This document shows positions 1 through 8,988 of a stretch of DNA of 64,000 bases, piece after piece. The notes below the pieces were generated by a model, which saw nothing but the letters and a program-made list of their open reading frames with translations, searched no databases and was not told the origin of the DNA. Origin of the DNA: Mosigvirus mar005p1; the sequence record OZ035759.1, one strand, 5' to 3'. The stretch's first letter is position 1, and each line of letters begins with the position of its first letter. A program made the position numbers and the translations under genes.

Positions 1-171
1 GAACTCGTACTCAACTGGAGTTCCATTTATCGAAAATGACACGTCATGTGGGTTCAAAGGGTCGATGTCAAAATTAATTTTAAATTCTCGACCCAACAGT
101 TTTACCAAATAAGGGATTGCTTCGTCAAAAGGTTCTTCTAAGTAGTTAGAGATGTCAATTGTCATCCTCAT
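1..171 (-). CDS. hypothetical protein, N-terminal part only (gene continues beyond window start)
   Basis: Minus-strand ATG at 169-171 (alt 163-165), open to window edge; translation [30 protein letters not shown]...; overlaps 3' end of gene 55. Confidence 0.4.
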   Translation of the reverse strand, partial: MRMTIDISNYLEEPFDEAIPYLVKLLGREFKINFDIDPLNPHDVSFSINGTPVEYEF

Positions 172-712
172 ATAAAAAATCCAAACTAGGCGAATCGCTA
201 ACAACTTCCTTCTTTTCAGCCCCAGGAGCTTTATAAGCGGATTCTTCATAATGCGTCATTTTATCGTAGATGTCTTGAATAAACGTTTCATCTACCAACG
301 CTACCATATCATCGTCATGACTGTCGTAGACATTATGAACGAAGTAACTATATTTCTTTGCAACTTCCTTACGTTCTTTTTTGATACGTTGGACAAAAGC
401 ATTAAAACAAGCTCGAGTTATGTATGCATGTGGGTTATTGTACTTAGTTTCGTCGAAATTATGAAGTCCCTTAATAGAGGCTTCAATCCCATCTGCAATC
501 ATCTCCTGCTTCCAAGACTGGGTATATCCTGAAAAGTTGAAACGTTTGGACAGGCCTTCGGCGATAAGCATAATTGCTAAACCGATGGTATCATTCTGAC
601 GAATAATTTTGTTTGGGTCTTTATTATTTAAGAGCTCCTTTTTCCACTCGATTATAGCGGCGAGAAGCTCTTTATTATTCACATAGTTATTTTTAGGTTT
701 TTGTTCAGTCAT
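155..712 (-). CDS. 55: gp55 late-transcription sigma factor
   Basis: 185 aa from ATG at 710-712 (track start 730 is TTG); SD GAGGTA upstream; near-identical to recalled T4 gp55 ([13 protein letters not shown]..[51 protein letters not shown]). Confidence 0.95.
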   Translation of the reverse strand: MTEQKPKNNYVNNKELLAAIIEWKKELLNNKDPNKIIRQNDTIGLAIMLIAEGLSKRFNFSGYTQSWKQEMIADGIEASIKGLHNFDETKYNNPHAYITRACFNAFVQRIKKERKEVAKKYSYFVHNVYDSHDDDMVALVDETFIQDIYDKMTHYEESAYKAPGAEKKEVVSDSPSLDFLYEDDN

Positions 713-784
713 AAGTACCTCTTGGCTCAATTCATAGGTCTATTATATCATAATATTTAGAGACCTATCTTAAAGCACGAGATA

Positions 785-1054
785 CTATCGGAGCAAACAA
801 TAAGCCTGAAACACTTTTTCCATTAAACGTTTGAACTCATGGATATCGATATAAAGCTCAGTAAGACCGGCATTATAAAGAAAATCTAAAAAGTTCTCAT
901 GTGTTTCGTTATAGTCGCCTTCGTTTAATTGAGATACATGAGTTTCCCAAAAACCAACACCTTTAACGAATGGAAAATACGTGACTTTCATGTATTCGTC
1001 AACATAAAATTCGCCCAGCTTTTCTTCAGTTATACTGATTCGAGTTAATTTCAT
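785..1054 (-). CDS. hypothetical protein (89 aa)
   Basis: ORF with ATG and AAGGAA SD; no recognisable motif. Confidence 0.6.
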   Translation of the reverse strand: MKLTRISITEEKLGEFYVDEYMKVTYFPFVKGVGFWETHVSQLNEGDYNETHENFLDFLYNAGLTELYIDIHEFKRLMEKVFQAYCLLR

Positions 1055-1278
1055 TCTAGTTCCTTTGCTGCTTCAAGAGCAGCATCCAGCGAATCAAATT
1101 GGTCAACGAAATCAATATTCAACGCATCGTCAACCGTAGCATATAACCACCATTGTTTGAATTCGTATTCTAGAATAAATCCAGGACCTTCAATCTGAGG
1201 AAGACCTAGGCTATTTGTACCAACTTCGTAACCAGCTAGACGCAGGTCATTAATCAAAGTTTCTGTTAATACGCTCAT
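1051..1278 (-). CDS. hypothetical acidic protein (75 aa)
   Basis: ORF, ATG start, 4-nt overlap with downstream gene. Confidence 0.55.
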   Translation of the reverse strand: MSVLTETLINDLRLAGYEVGTNSLGLPQIEGPGFILEYEFKQWWLYATVDDALNIDFVDQFDSLDAALEAAKELE

Positions 1279-1607
1279 TTTGCCGCCTTAACAATTTTCA
1301 GATCAACGAATTTTTTCTTACGTTGATTTTTCATACGACGGATAGTCTTTTCAGAGATTTCATGTTTCTGATAAGCTTTAGATTCAACACCAAATGCAGC
1401 AACGTCAAATTCAGAAAGAATATATTGTACTAGAATTTCACGAATAGAATTGCGTCCAATTTTCTGGTCGTGTTTTTGCATAATTTCATAAAGACGGAAT
1501 TCCCACGCGTCAAGAACTTGAGGAGTAACAATATTGCCAGATTCCAGAAGAGCAACAACTTTATCGAAAGCGAAAGAATTAACTACGTTTTTGATTTTAG
1601 TAGACAT
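1275..1607 (-). CDS. hypothetical protein (110 aa)
   Basis: Start moved to internal ATG (MSTKIKN) preceded by GAGGAAAATAAT; early promoter lies inside the longer track ORF. Confidence 0.6.
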   Translation of the reverse strand: MSTKIKNVVNSFAFDKVVALLESGNIVTPQVLDAWEFRLYEIMQKHDQKIGRNSIREILVQYILSEFDVAAFGVESKAYQKHEISEKTIRRMKNQRKKKFVDLKIVKAAK

Positions 1608-1644
1608 ATTATTTTCCTCGGTTATTTTATTATCCAACGAGAGA

Positions 1645-1673
1645 ATTATACTCATCTCTCAAGAGTTTGTATA
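1645..1673 (-). promoter_or_regulatory. early promoter-like element (TATACA-N17-TATAAT) with GAGAG/CTCTC inverted repeat flanking the -10
   Basis: About 56-bp near-duplicate of the 31179-31207 region. Confidence 0.45.
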
Positions 1674-1913
1674 CTATTTTTTAAGCATGAAAAGTAAGTA
1701 ATTTGTATCACGTGGAGTAATATCAACACCCATATCAAAGATGCCTTTATAGATTGGGTATTTGTTTTCAGTTGTATCGAAGCTGAAACTATTTCCATCA
1801 CAACTAACAGTAATAGCATCTGTTAAAATGTCATACTCAATCCTAACAATTGAATCCCCAATTTTAACGTCGAGATGTTTTTTGAATTTGATAAAATCTA
1901 ATTCTTGGGCCAT
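1674..1913 (-). CDS. hypothetical protein (79 aa)
   Basis: ORF in early-gene block; no motif. Confidence 0.55.
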   Translation of the reverse strand: MAQELDFIKFKKHLDVKIGDSIVRIEYDILTDAITVSCDGNSFSFDTTENKYPIYKGIFDMGVDITPRDTNYLLFMLKK

Positions 1914-1976
1914 GATATTTTCCTCATTTTAAGACGATAGGAAGATAATAACATGTCTTCCTATCGTTGTACATTA

Positions 1977-2189
1977 TTAACCGAACTTTTTGGCACCTTT
2001 CCAGCCTTCGTACATAACTGCACAAGTCAGTAGTACAGCGTGCTGGCATTCTTTGTATTTGTAAATCCAGAACCAGCGTAAGAAGTCTTCATCCTCAACA
2101 CCGTTGAGTTTCATATTGGCAAAGAATTCAGCACGTTCTTCACGAAGCTTTTGCGATAACATAGATTCAGGATTCATTTTGTGTTCCAC
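1977..2189 (-). CDS. hypothetical protein (70 aa)
   Basis: ORF; no motif. Confidence 0.5.
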   Translation of the reverse strand: MEHKMNPESMLSQKLREERAEFFANMKLNGVEDEDFLRWFWIYKYKECQHAVLLTCAVMYEGWKGAKKFG

Positions 2190-2308
2190 GCCCCATTTTC
2201 ATCGATGAACTTAATCCAGTCATTTACAGACCATTTAGTTGTATCACCCTTTGGATTAACATTTAAAGTATATAATCCCTGCTTAAAAAGCATTCGTTTG
2301 ATATTCAT
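2174..2308 (-). CDS. hypothetical small protein (44 aa)
   Basis: ATG at 2306-2308 with GAGGAAA SD; the longer track ORF overlaps the upstream gene. Confidence 0.3.
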   Translation of the reverse strand: MNIKRMLFKQGLYTLNVNPKGDTTKWSVNDWIKFIDENGAWNTK

Positions 2309-2315
2309 AATTTCC

Positions 2316-2609
2316 TCAACTGTAACGATAACATTCGTTAGCTTTACGTTTGGCTTCAGTATGAGAAGTATTATAATCATACTCTTCTTTACTGTAAACA
2401 TCTTTTTTCAACTTACGAACTTCTTTGCGGAGTTGTCGATTCATTTCATTCTTGACTTCAGAATCAACGCCTTTCATACGTTTCCATTTATCTGAGCGGA
2501 AAATGTTTTCAACCATGTCTTTGTGGCTAACACCGTCAGGAGCTTTACGCTTACCAAAATAGTCGTAATCGCGAACTTTCAAATCTTTACGACGATATGT
2601 TTTACCCAT
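2316..2609 (-). CDS. hypothetical basic protein (97 aa)
   Basis: Track start is TTG; first ATG (MGKTYRRKDL) at 2607-2609 with GAGG SD; Lys/Arg-rich. Confidence 0.5.
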   Translation of the reverse strand: MGKTYRRKDLKVRDYDYFGKRKAPDGVSHKDMVENIFRSDKWKRMKGVDSEVKNEMNRQLRKEVRKLKKDVYSKEEYDYNTSHTEAKRKANECYRYS

Positions 2610-2616
2610 AAGTACC

Positions 2617-2865
2617 TCAGAGGTTGATTGATACAATGCGTTTGATAAAATTCACTTCACTTACTGAAAGGTCTTTAAGACCGATTGATTCTAAACGCTG
2701 AGTAAGCGTCAACATCGGGATATAATCCCAATGGGTTTTATTTGCTTGATAAGTACGAACGCCATTAGCAATTTCAACATACAAATCGGAAATGGTAACG
2801 AATACCGGTCGCTCGTCATTAACTTTAAGGGTTAGAACAACCTTCTTTGAATCTAAACTAATCAT
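2617..2865 (-). CDS. hypothetical protein (82 aa)
   Basis: ATG with AAGGAAA SD. Confidence 0.55.
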   Translation of the reverse strand: MISLDSKKVVLTLKVNDERPVFVTISDLYVEIANGVRTYQANKTHWDYIPMLTLTQRLESIGLKDLSVSEVNFIKRIVSINL

Positions 2866-3044
2866 AGCTTAATTTCCTTCGCAATTGAACAGAAGATACC
2901 ACGGTCACAAAGCATTTCGCCAATTTCTGGATATTTGATTGAACGATACCAAACATCCAGGCTTGAAACTCTGGTTATCTGTACTGCATTACCGTTGACA
3001 GAATAGTACTGATCAACCTTAATTTCTTTATCTTCAATTGTCAT
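2862..3044 (-). CDS. hypothetical protein (60 aa)
   Basis: Start moved to ATG at 3042-3044 (MTIEDKEIK) with GAGGAAAATAAA SD; early promoter at 3072-3100 lies inside the longer track ORF. Confidence 0.45.
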   Translation of the reverse strand: MTIEDKEIKVDQYYSVNGNAVQITRVSSLDVWYRSIKYPEIGEMLCDRGIFCSIAKEIKL

Positions 3045-3071
3045 TTTATTTTCCTCTATAGTAGATGGTTT

Positions 3072-3100
3072 AATCTTAACACATCTATTGAGGATGTAAA
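3072..3100 (-). promoter_or_regulatory. early promoter (GTTTAC-N17-TAAGAT)
   Basis: Minus-strand consensus upstream of the ATG at 3044. Confidence 0.5.
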
Positions 3101-3209
3101 CTGTTTTATGAAAATATTTTTGATTTGAGAGGGGCACAAGGAGATAGTGAAGTGAAGATTCCAATGGATTATATTAGAAATGAGATAAAGAAGACCAGGC
3201 GGCACCTGG

Positions 3210-3533
3210 TCAATCTTCTATGATATCAGAGTCATATCCTAATGAAATCAATGACTTTTTAAACTCTGCAATATTCTTTTGTTTCTTATCATTTAAAAAT
3301 ATGACAGGATAACGAATATTAAGTGAAGTGAATCCTGCACGTTTAGCAAGAGATACGATTAAAGGACGGTCATATTCAATCTTACCATTATTAGTGAGGA
3401 CTTTATAAAATGTATAAGGAGCATTGAGCTCCTTTAAAAGTTTTGTAACAGTATAACATCCTGGACAACGTCCAACTTCTTCAGGGATGCCATAAATTTC
3501 AATCTTGTTCTTTAAGTTCGAGTTTTGTTCCAC
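3210..3533 (-). CDS. glutaredoxin/thioredoxin-fold protein (NrdH-like), CPGC active site
   Basis: CxxC motif in IYGIPEEVGRCPGCY context; no in-frame ATG upstream of motif, so start probably GTG at 3531-3533; start uncertain. Confidence 0.6.
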   Translation of the reverse strand: MEQNSNLKNKIEIYGIPEEVGRCPGCYTVTKLLKELNAPYTFYKVLTNNGKIEYDRPLIVSLAKRAGFTSLNIRYPVIFLNDKKQKNIAEFKKSLISLGYDSDIIED

Positions 3534-3816
3534 GAGAAATAATTCCTTGGTAAGCCCAATAAGGAGGATTAACAGAATCCTCACCAGAGTTTTCTTCAGG
3601 AAAATAAACCTGGATAACGAAGCCGGATTCATCAAAGGTAAAATAAACCGTAGGCAGTTCACCTAACAAATCGGCATGAGCGTTGATTTCTTCGAGGTCT
3701 TGTTCACGTCCAGCCCAGAAGCTTGGGTTCAGACTACATTCATAGAAATAATAGTCATTACCGAACATATCAAAACCATTCCAACTCTCTACTACATACC
3801 GCTCAAAACTAATCAT
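3499..3816 (-). CDS. hypothetical protein (105 aa)
   Basis: ORF; acidic; no motif. Confidence 0.5.
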   Translation of the reverse strand: MISFERYVVESWNGFDMFGNDYYFYECSLNPSFWAGREQDLEEINAHADLLGELPTVYFTFDESGFVIQVYFPEENSGEDSVNPPYWAYQGIISRGTKLELKEQD

Positions 3817-3818
3817 AA

Positions 3819-4034
3819 TTAAGCCTTTTTATCAAGAACAGAATTCAGTTTATTAGTAATTTTGTCCAAACGTTCATTGAATTCGTTGGAGGATAAACCC
3901 TTTTCTGGAGAAATTAAACTAATCACGAAAAATACACCAGTAAAAGGAATAAGAAAAATAGCTCCAACTGCCATAAACAAAAAGAACGTTACAGTTGTAA
4001 GAAAATCAGCTAAACCTTTACGAAATTTATACAT
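3819..4034 (-). CDS. small membrane protein (71 aa)
   Basis: One hydrophobic helix (VTFFLFMAVGAIFLIPFTGVFFVISLI). Confidence 0.5.
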   Translation of the reverse strand: MYKFRKGLADFLTTVTFFLFMAVGAIFLIPFTGVFFVISLISPEKGLSSNEFNERLDKITNKLNSVLDKKA

Positions 4035-4144
4035 ATTTACCCTTAATTAACTAAGCATTGATAAGCATTAAACTATATTGCGAATAAAATTCTGGACCAA
4101 AATTAAAAATCATATCATTTATAGTATCCATAATGTAATTCAAT

Positions 4145-4615
4145 TTAATCATGTTTCCACACCCCATCGGTATTTGACCAAAGTCGCTGGTTATCTGATC
4201 CTCGCCACAGCTTTTTAGTCGGAAGATTTTTCTCATACTTCCCATCAATAATAACATCAACATATTTAAGCATTTCTAGTTGTTTAATATCTTCAAACTT
4301 ATATCCTGTCCACAACCAAATGCTTTTATTTGGATAAAGATTTTTTACTGTTTGAACAATGCAATGAATAACATCTCGGTTATCAGGATAGAGAGGGTCA
4401 CCTCCGGTTATAGTCAATCCTTCTATATAATCATTATTCAAACATTCAATTAATTGTTCTAGTGTCTCTCTAGTGAATGGAACACCATTTCTAGCATTCC
4501 ATGTTGATTTATTATAACACCCTTCGCATTTATGCAAACAACCCGTAACGAAAAGAACGACCCTGCATCCGGGGCCATTCACAAAATCGCAAGGATAAAA
4601 TCTATCATAATTCAT
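4145..4615 (-). CDS. nrdG: anaerobic ribonucleotide reductase activating protein (radical SAM)
   Basis: CLHKCEGC radical-SAM cysteine motif; 4-nt overlap with nrdD stop; position matches T4. Confidence 0.9.
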   Translation of the reverse strand: MNYDRFYPCDFVNGPGCRVVLFVTGCLHKCEGCYNKSTWNARNGVPFTRETLEQLIECLNNDYIEGLTITGGDPLYPDNRDVIHCIVQTVKNLYPNKSIWLWTGYKFEDIKQLEMLKYVDVIIDGKYEKNLPTKKLWRGSDNQRLWSNTDGVWKHD

Positions 4616-6429
4616 TGGTGTTTAACCCTATGCATGATTTCTTTATTTTTACCGAGATTAAATCCGCGTTCGTTCGGATTTCCCAAATAACCGCATGTTC
4701 TTCTTATGGTGTTCATCTTTTTAGGATCAGTTTCTCCGCAAACTGAACAAACAAATCCGTTTTCAGTAGGAGTCATTTCATGGGTACTTCCGCATGTAAA
4801 ACATTTATCTACTGGCATATTAACACCAAAATAATCTAAATGTTGTGCAGCATAATCCCATACAGCCTCAAGGCCCTTTAAGTTATTTTTCATATCAGGA
4901 AGTTCAACATAAGAAATGTGACCACCTGTCGCAATGAAATGATATGGCGCTTCACGAGAAATCTTTTCAAACGGAGTAATATTTTCTTCTACTGAAACAT
5001 GGAAACTGTTAGTGTACCAGCCTTTATCGGTAACATCCTTTACATTTCCGTATTTTTCTGTATCGAGTTTACAGAAGCGATAACAAAGGTTTTCAGCAGG
5101 AGTAGAATATAAACTAAAAGCAAATCCGGTTCTTTCAGTCCACTGTTTAAGATGAGCATTCATTTTAGTTAAAATTTCTTGTCCAATATCACGACCGACA
5201 AGAATATTCAATTCGTGAATACCAATGTATCCCAAAGACACTGAACTTCTACCATTTTTAAATAACTCAATTATGTCATCATCAGGTTTAAGACGAACCC
5301 CGAATGCACCTTCTTGGTAAAGAATAGGAGCAACAGTAGCTTTAACTCCTTTTAAGGAACTAATTCTACACATCAAGGCTTCAAAACACAGATCCATTCG
5401 TTCATTAAATAGCTCAACAAATTTCTGTTCATTGAACTGTGTTCCAATATAAGAATCTAATGCGATGCGAGGAAGATTCAGTGTTACAACGCCAAGATTA
5501 TTACGTCCATCAAGAATTTCATTACCAGTCGAATCTTTCCATACGCTCAAGAAACTACGGCAGCCCATTGGAGAAACTGGAACTGAAGAACCGGTAATAG
5601 CTTTATTATTCTTAACCGAAATAATGTCAGGATACATTCTTTTGCTTGCACATTCTAACGCAAGTTGTTTAATATCATAGTTCGGATCGTCTTTATAAAG
5701 ATTAACACCTTCTTCAACGAACATAACAAGCTTAGGGAAAATAGGAGTTATTCCATCACGACCAAGACCTTTAATGCGGTTTTTAAGAATTGCCTTCTGA
5801 ATCATTCGTTCAGTCCAATCGGTTCCCGTACCAAATGTAATTGTTACAAAAGGAGTTTGTCCGTTTGAACTAAAGAGAGTATTTACTTCATATTCATAAG
5901 CTTGGAATGCGTCATAGACATCTTTTTCTGTTTTAGATTGAGCATAATTCAGAATGTCTGGTATTTGCCATTTTTCTGCATCTTCAACATGTTTAGCGTA
6001 TGTGCGTTTAACATAAGGAGAAAGAACTTTATCTACATTAGCAAAAGTCGTTCCGCCGTATTGATGGGAAGCAACCTGTGCAGTAATTTGTGCCATAATT
6101 GCAGTAGCAACACCGATTGATTTAGGAGTTTCAATCTGTGCATTACCAAGCTTAAATCCATTCTCAAGCATCCCCTTTAAATCTACTAAACAGCAATTAG
6201 TAAAAGGAAGAGCAGGGGAATAATCAATATCGTGCACGTGAATAATTCCGCTTTCATGCGCTTTCATAATAAAAGACGGGACCATATTTTTGGCAATGTG
6301 TTTAGACACAATACCAGCCATAAGGTCCCGTTGAGTTGGAAAAACACGAGAATCTTTATTAGCATTCTCGTTTAAAAGGTCTTTATTAGTTTTATGAATT
6401 AATCCTTCAATTTCTTTTTCAATTGTCAT
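4612..6429 (-). CDS. nrdD: anaerobic ribonucleoside-triphosphate reductase
   Basis: 605 aa; glycyl-radical C-terminus (RTCGYLG) and Zn-Cys cluster (CFTCG..CSVCG); uninterrupted ORF. Confidence 0.95.
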   Translation of the reverse strand: MTIEKEIEGLIHKTNKDLLNENANKDSRVFPTQRDLMAGIVSKHIAKNMVPSFIMKAHESGIIHVHDIDYSPALPFTNCCLVDLKGMLENGFKLGNAQIETPKSIGVATAIMAQITAQVASHQYGGTTFANVDKVLSPYVKRTYAKHVEDAEKWQIPDILNYAQSKTEKDVYDAFQAYEYEVNTLFSSNGQTPFVTITFGTGTDWTERMIQKAILKNRIKGLGRDGITPIFPKLVMFVEEGVNLYKDDPNYDIKQLALECASKRMYPDIISVKNNKAITGSSVPVSPMGCRSFLSVWKDSTGNEILDGRNNLGVVTLNLPRIALDSYIGTQFNEQKFVELFNERMDLCFEALMCRISSLKGVKATVAPILYQEGAFGVRLKPDDDIIELFKNGRSSVSLGYIGIHELNILVGRDIGQEILTKMNAHLKQWTERTGFAFSLYSTPAENLCYRFCKLDTEKYGNVKDVTDKGWYTNSFHVSVEENITPFEKISREAPYHFIATGGHISYVELPDMKNNLKGLEAVWDYAAQHLDYFGVNMPVDKCFTCGSTHEMTPTENGFVCSVCGETDPKKMNTIRRTCGYLGNPNERGFNLGKNKEIMHRVKHQ

Positions 6430-6899
6430 TTTAAACTCTTTCTAAGCTGCTTCTTAAATGAAGCTATTAACTGTGTTTTGGTGTCAGATTCATTATATTC
6501 AAATCCTCTTTGAAGCATCTCGGCCATCATTTCCTCTTTTCCTAAACGAGAAAATTCCTTTGATTTATCTCCAACAAAATTAGGATGGATATTATTATCA
6601 GAATAATCTTGTTTCAAATAAGCAAGAAGAGCTTCAAGCCATTCGAGGTAGTCGACATCACGACCTTTAAGACCAGAACGGTTGAACTTATGCTTCATTT
6701 GACCTTCTGCTGCGTTGCACAGGTTACATAGTAAACCACGAACCTTACCAGCTTTTGGCCCGTTTAATTCATGGTCGTGGTCAAGATGGTTACCTTGAAC
6801 ATCAGGGTCTAATTCACGGTGGCAAATAGGACACTTACCGTTCTGTGCATCATAAAATTTTTGTTTTTCTTCTTTATATTTTGCGCCGGATAATAACAT
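6426..6899 (-). CDS. 49: endonuclease VII (Holliday junction resolvase)
   Basis: 157 aa; near-identical to recalled T4 gp49 (KEEKQKFYDAQNGKC..HLDHDHELNGPKAGKVRGLLCNLCNAAEG). Confidence 0.95.
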   Translation of the reverse strand: MLLSGAKYKEEKQKFYDAQNGKCPICHRELDPDVQGNHLDHDHELNGPKAGKVRGLLCNLCNAAEGQMKHKFNRSGLKGRDVDYLEWLEALLAYLKQDYSDNNIHPNFVGDKSKEFSRLGKEEMMAEMLQRGFEYNESDTKTQLIASFKKQLRKSLK

Positions 6900-6934
6900 G
6901 ATAAACCCTTACCTTAAATAGATAAGGGTATTTA

Positions 6935-7360
6935 TTAACTTAAACGTCTTTCTAAATATTCAATGTATTCTGCGGCTGCTTGCATCAGGTTACCTTCATA
7001 GCCGTCGTTATTTTCTTGTCCGGCTAATTTAGCTAATGCATAAGAAATTCGTTCACCTTCGAATTCACCAAGTTTACTACCTAGCACATCCGCAATATCA
7101 GCCGAATCAATTTCTTCGAGTTCATCTATTGAATGTGATTCCCAGAAGCACCAAAGAGAAGTATCACGGTCATAGATGCAAAGTTTCTCACCAGTGTTCA
7201 ACATCACTTCAATAATGCCATGGTCGCCATAACCATCTTCGGTCGTAGTACCAATTACCTTGATGATTGTATCTTTCTTTAATTCAGGAAACTTGACTTG
7301 TAGTTCTTCATCTTCTTTAACAATCTTGAACCATTTACCGCGAGTTTCAGAAATATTCAT
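6935..7360 (-). CDS. hypothetical protein (141 aa), pin-position ORF
   Basis: Start moved to ATG at 7358-7360 (MNISETRGKW); N-terminal extension in track ORF is low-complexity. Confidence 0.5.
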   Translation of the reverse strand: MNISETRGKWFKIVKEDEELQVKFPELKKDTIIKVIGTTTEDGYGDHGIIEVMLNTGEKLCIYDRDTSLWCFWESHSIDELEEIDSADIADVLGSKLGEFEGERISYALAKLAGQENNDGYEGNLMQAAAEYIEYLERRLS

Positions 7361-7361
7361 A

Positions 7362-7532
7362 TCAATATTCTCTATAAAAGTTACGATGAGAACGTTTAGC
7401 TTTGCGAAGCTGACGTTTAGTAGGACGAACTGTAAATGGTTGTCCAGAGAAAAAATTCGGATCGGTTTTAATAAGCAAATACCAATCATGTTTGCCATTT
7501 TTTAATAAACGGTACAATAATTTAACTTGCAT
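7362..7532 (-). CDS. hypothetical basic small protein (56 aa)
   Basis: Track start is TTG; first ATG at 7530-7532 (MQVKLLYRLL). Confidence 0.4.
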   Translation of the reverse strand: MQVKLLYRLLKNGKHDWYLLIKTDPNFFSGQPFTVRPTKRQLRKAKRSHRNFYREY

Positions 7533-7660
7533 AATAATCTCTTCCCATTTCCATATCAATTAATTCATTTATTGAAGGTTCATCATAACATGGTTCTTCG
7601 TCGTTGTAAACCGTTTCGACGTCTGGCTCGACAGTCTCCCATCGAGCAGAATACCACGGT

Positions 7661-8017
7661 TTAACCCCGGAGTTTATTGAGCTCTTCATAATCAATCCAG
7701 GATTCTAGCCCTGACGGCAGGTCACATTCAATGTTCCACAGAAGCTCTTCAATGGCTTGCAGGCGATTATATTCTTCAACGGTAATGGTAACCATTGGTG
7801 CAACCGGTTCTGCCTTTTTAACCATCATATCGTTCATCAGGACGTAAAGGTCATCACGAACGACAGTGTCGTTCCAACCCCATGATTTGGCTTCGTAAGC
7901 TAATGATGAAGGGAGCACATTTAAAACTTCAATAATAGTTGGAGCATCAGGACCAAGTTCATTGGCACAAACTTCGTATACATCTTGGAAATCTTTAAGA
8001 TTTAATGAATATGTCAT
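7661..8017 (-). CDS. hypothetical acidic protein (118 aa)
   Basis: ORF with ATG; 4-nt overlap with nrdC. Confidence 0.6.
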   Translation of the reverse strand: MTYSLNLKDFQDVYEVCANELGPDAPTIIEVLNVLPSSLAYEAKSWGWNDTVVRDDLYVLMNDMMVKKAEPVAPMVTITVEEYNRLQAIEELLWNIECDLPSGLESWIDYEELNKLRG

Positions 8018-8277
8018 TTAAAATATTCTCGCAGTTGATCAAATCCACCAATGTGACTTCCATCAGGAGCAAACACTTGAGGCATAGTCAATCCAACTTG
8101 TGATTCACGTCCAAGCTTAACAAGAAGCTCAGTAATTTTCTCATCGTCGAACACACCTTTTTCTGGCATAACATTAATGAATTCGAATGGCTGTTTCTTA
8201 ACAGTCAGCAATCGTTTCGCATTATCACAATAAATGCATTTATGAATAGTAGAGTCATACCCGTACACTTTAAACAT
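8014..8277 (-). CDS. nrdC: thioredoxin/glutaredoxin NrdC
   Basis: 87 aa from ATG at 8275-8277; close match to recalled T4 NrdC (MFKVYGYDS.IHKC.YCDNAKRLL). Confidence 0.85.
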   Translation of the reverse strand: MFKVYGYDSTIHKCIYCDNAKRLLTVKKQPFEFINVMPEKGVFDDEKITELLVKLGRESQVGLTMPQVFAPDGSHIGGFDQLREYFK

Positions 8278-8683
8278 TATTTTTCCTTTCATCGATTAAA
8301 TATGCAACGCCAAATACAATACATGTAATAAAACCTGTGATACAGATAGAAACCAACAACACTGTACCAAAGAACCAAATCAAGTTATCTTTAGTAGTTT
8401 GTTTGATATCCATCTCACGAATTTCTATAGCTATCGTATCACCTTTATTCAGAAGCGTATAAAATGACGGTGATACACGCCTGTCAAAAACTCGTCCTTG
8501 CTCATCTTTATAGACTGCAATAAATTCTAATTTAGAATATTTTCCTGTAGATTGGCCTGAGATTAATTCCACTACCTCCACAGGAATTACTTTAGTTTCC
8601 ATGTAAGTATTCTGGCTGTTCCAAATGAATGGGATGATGGCAAAAACTAAAGCTGCAATAAAACAACGAAGGCTATATCTCAT
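8270..8683 (-). CDS. membrane protein (137 aa), N- and C-terminal TM helices
   Basis: Hydrophobic segments CFIAALVFAIIPFIW and LIWFFGTVLLVSICITGFITCIVFGVAYLI. Confidence 0.6.
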   Translation of the reverse strand: MRYSLRCFIAALVFAIIPFIWNSQNTYMETKVIPVEVVELISGQSTGKYSKLEFIAVYKDEQGRVFDRRVSPSFYTLLNKGDTIAIEIREMDIKQTTKDNLIWFFGTVLLVSICITGFITCIVFGVAYLIDERKNNV

Positions 8684-8988
8684 TATAATGTTCTCTCAAA
8701 TTTGTGGAAGCATTTACGGCATTTCAATTTCAAGTTATCAGTGGTCCAGTTAACCAGTTGGACTTGGATAGTTCCACATTCCGGACATGGATGTTTTGCT
8801 GCCGATTTGGCAGCATTTTCACGTCGTTCAACCATTTTCATAATTTCGTTCCATGCCGGAGGAACGAACTCTTCTTCACTATGAATTTTATCTCGTTGAA
8901 CAAATTCAATCTTTGAACTATCGTCAATAAACTTAACCAAGCGGTGATTAGTGTTCATATCAATATCTTCTAAAAGACGTAGTTTCAT
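8683..8988 (-). CDS. zinc-ribbon protein (101 aa)
   Basis: CPEC..(N17)..CRKC four-cysteine motif. Confidence 0.6.
   Translation of the reverse strand: MKLRLLEDIDMNTNHRLVKFIDDSSKIEFVQRDKIHSEEEFVPPAWNEIMKMVERRENAAKSAAKHPCPECGTIQVQLVNWTTDNLKLKCRKCFHKFERTL

Noticed and set aside
251-532. Plus-strand ORF (93 aa) antisense to gene 55
   Set aside because: Lies entirely within the strongly conserved gp55 coding region on the opposite strand; no SD, and low-complexity translation.
4051-4263. Minus-strand ORF (70 aa) overlapping the 3' end of nrdG
   Set aside because: Out of frame with and largely inside nrdG; no independent start signal.
7560-7660. 100-bp intergenic gap with an acidic open frame lacking a start codon
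   Set aside because: No ATG/GTG/TTG with SD and no promoter-like element; treated as an untranslated spacer.
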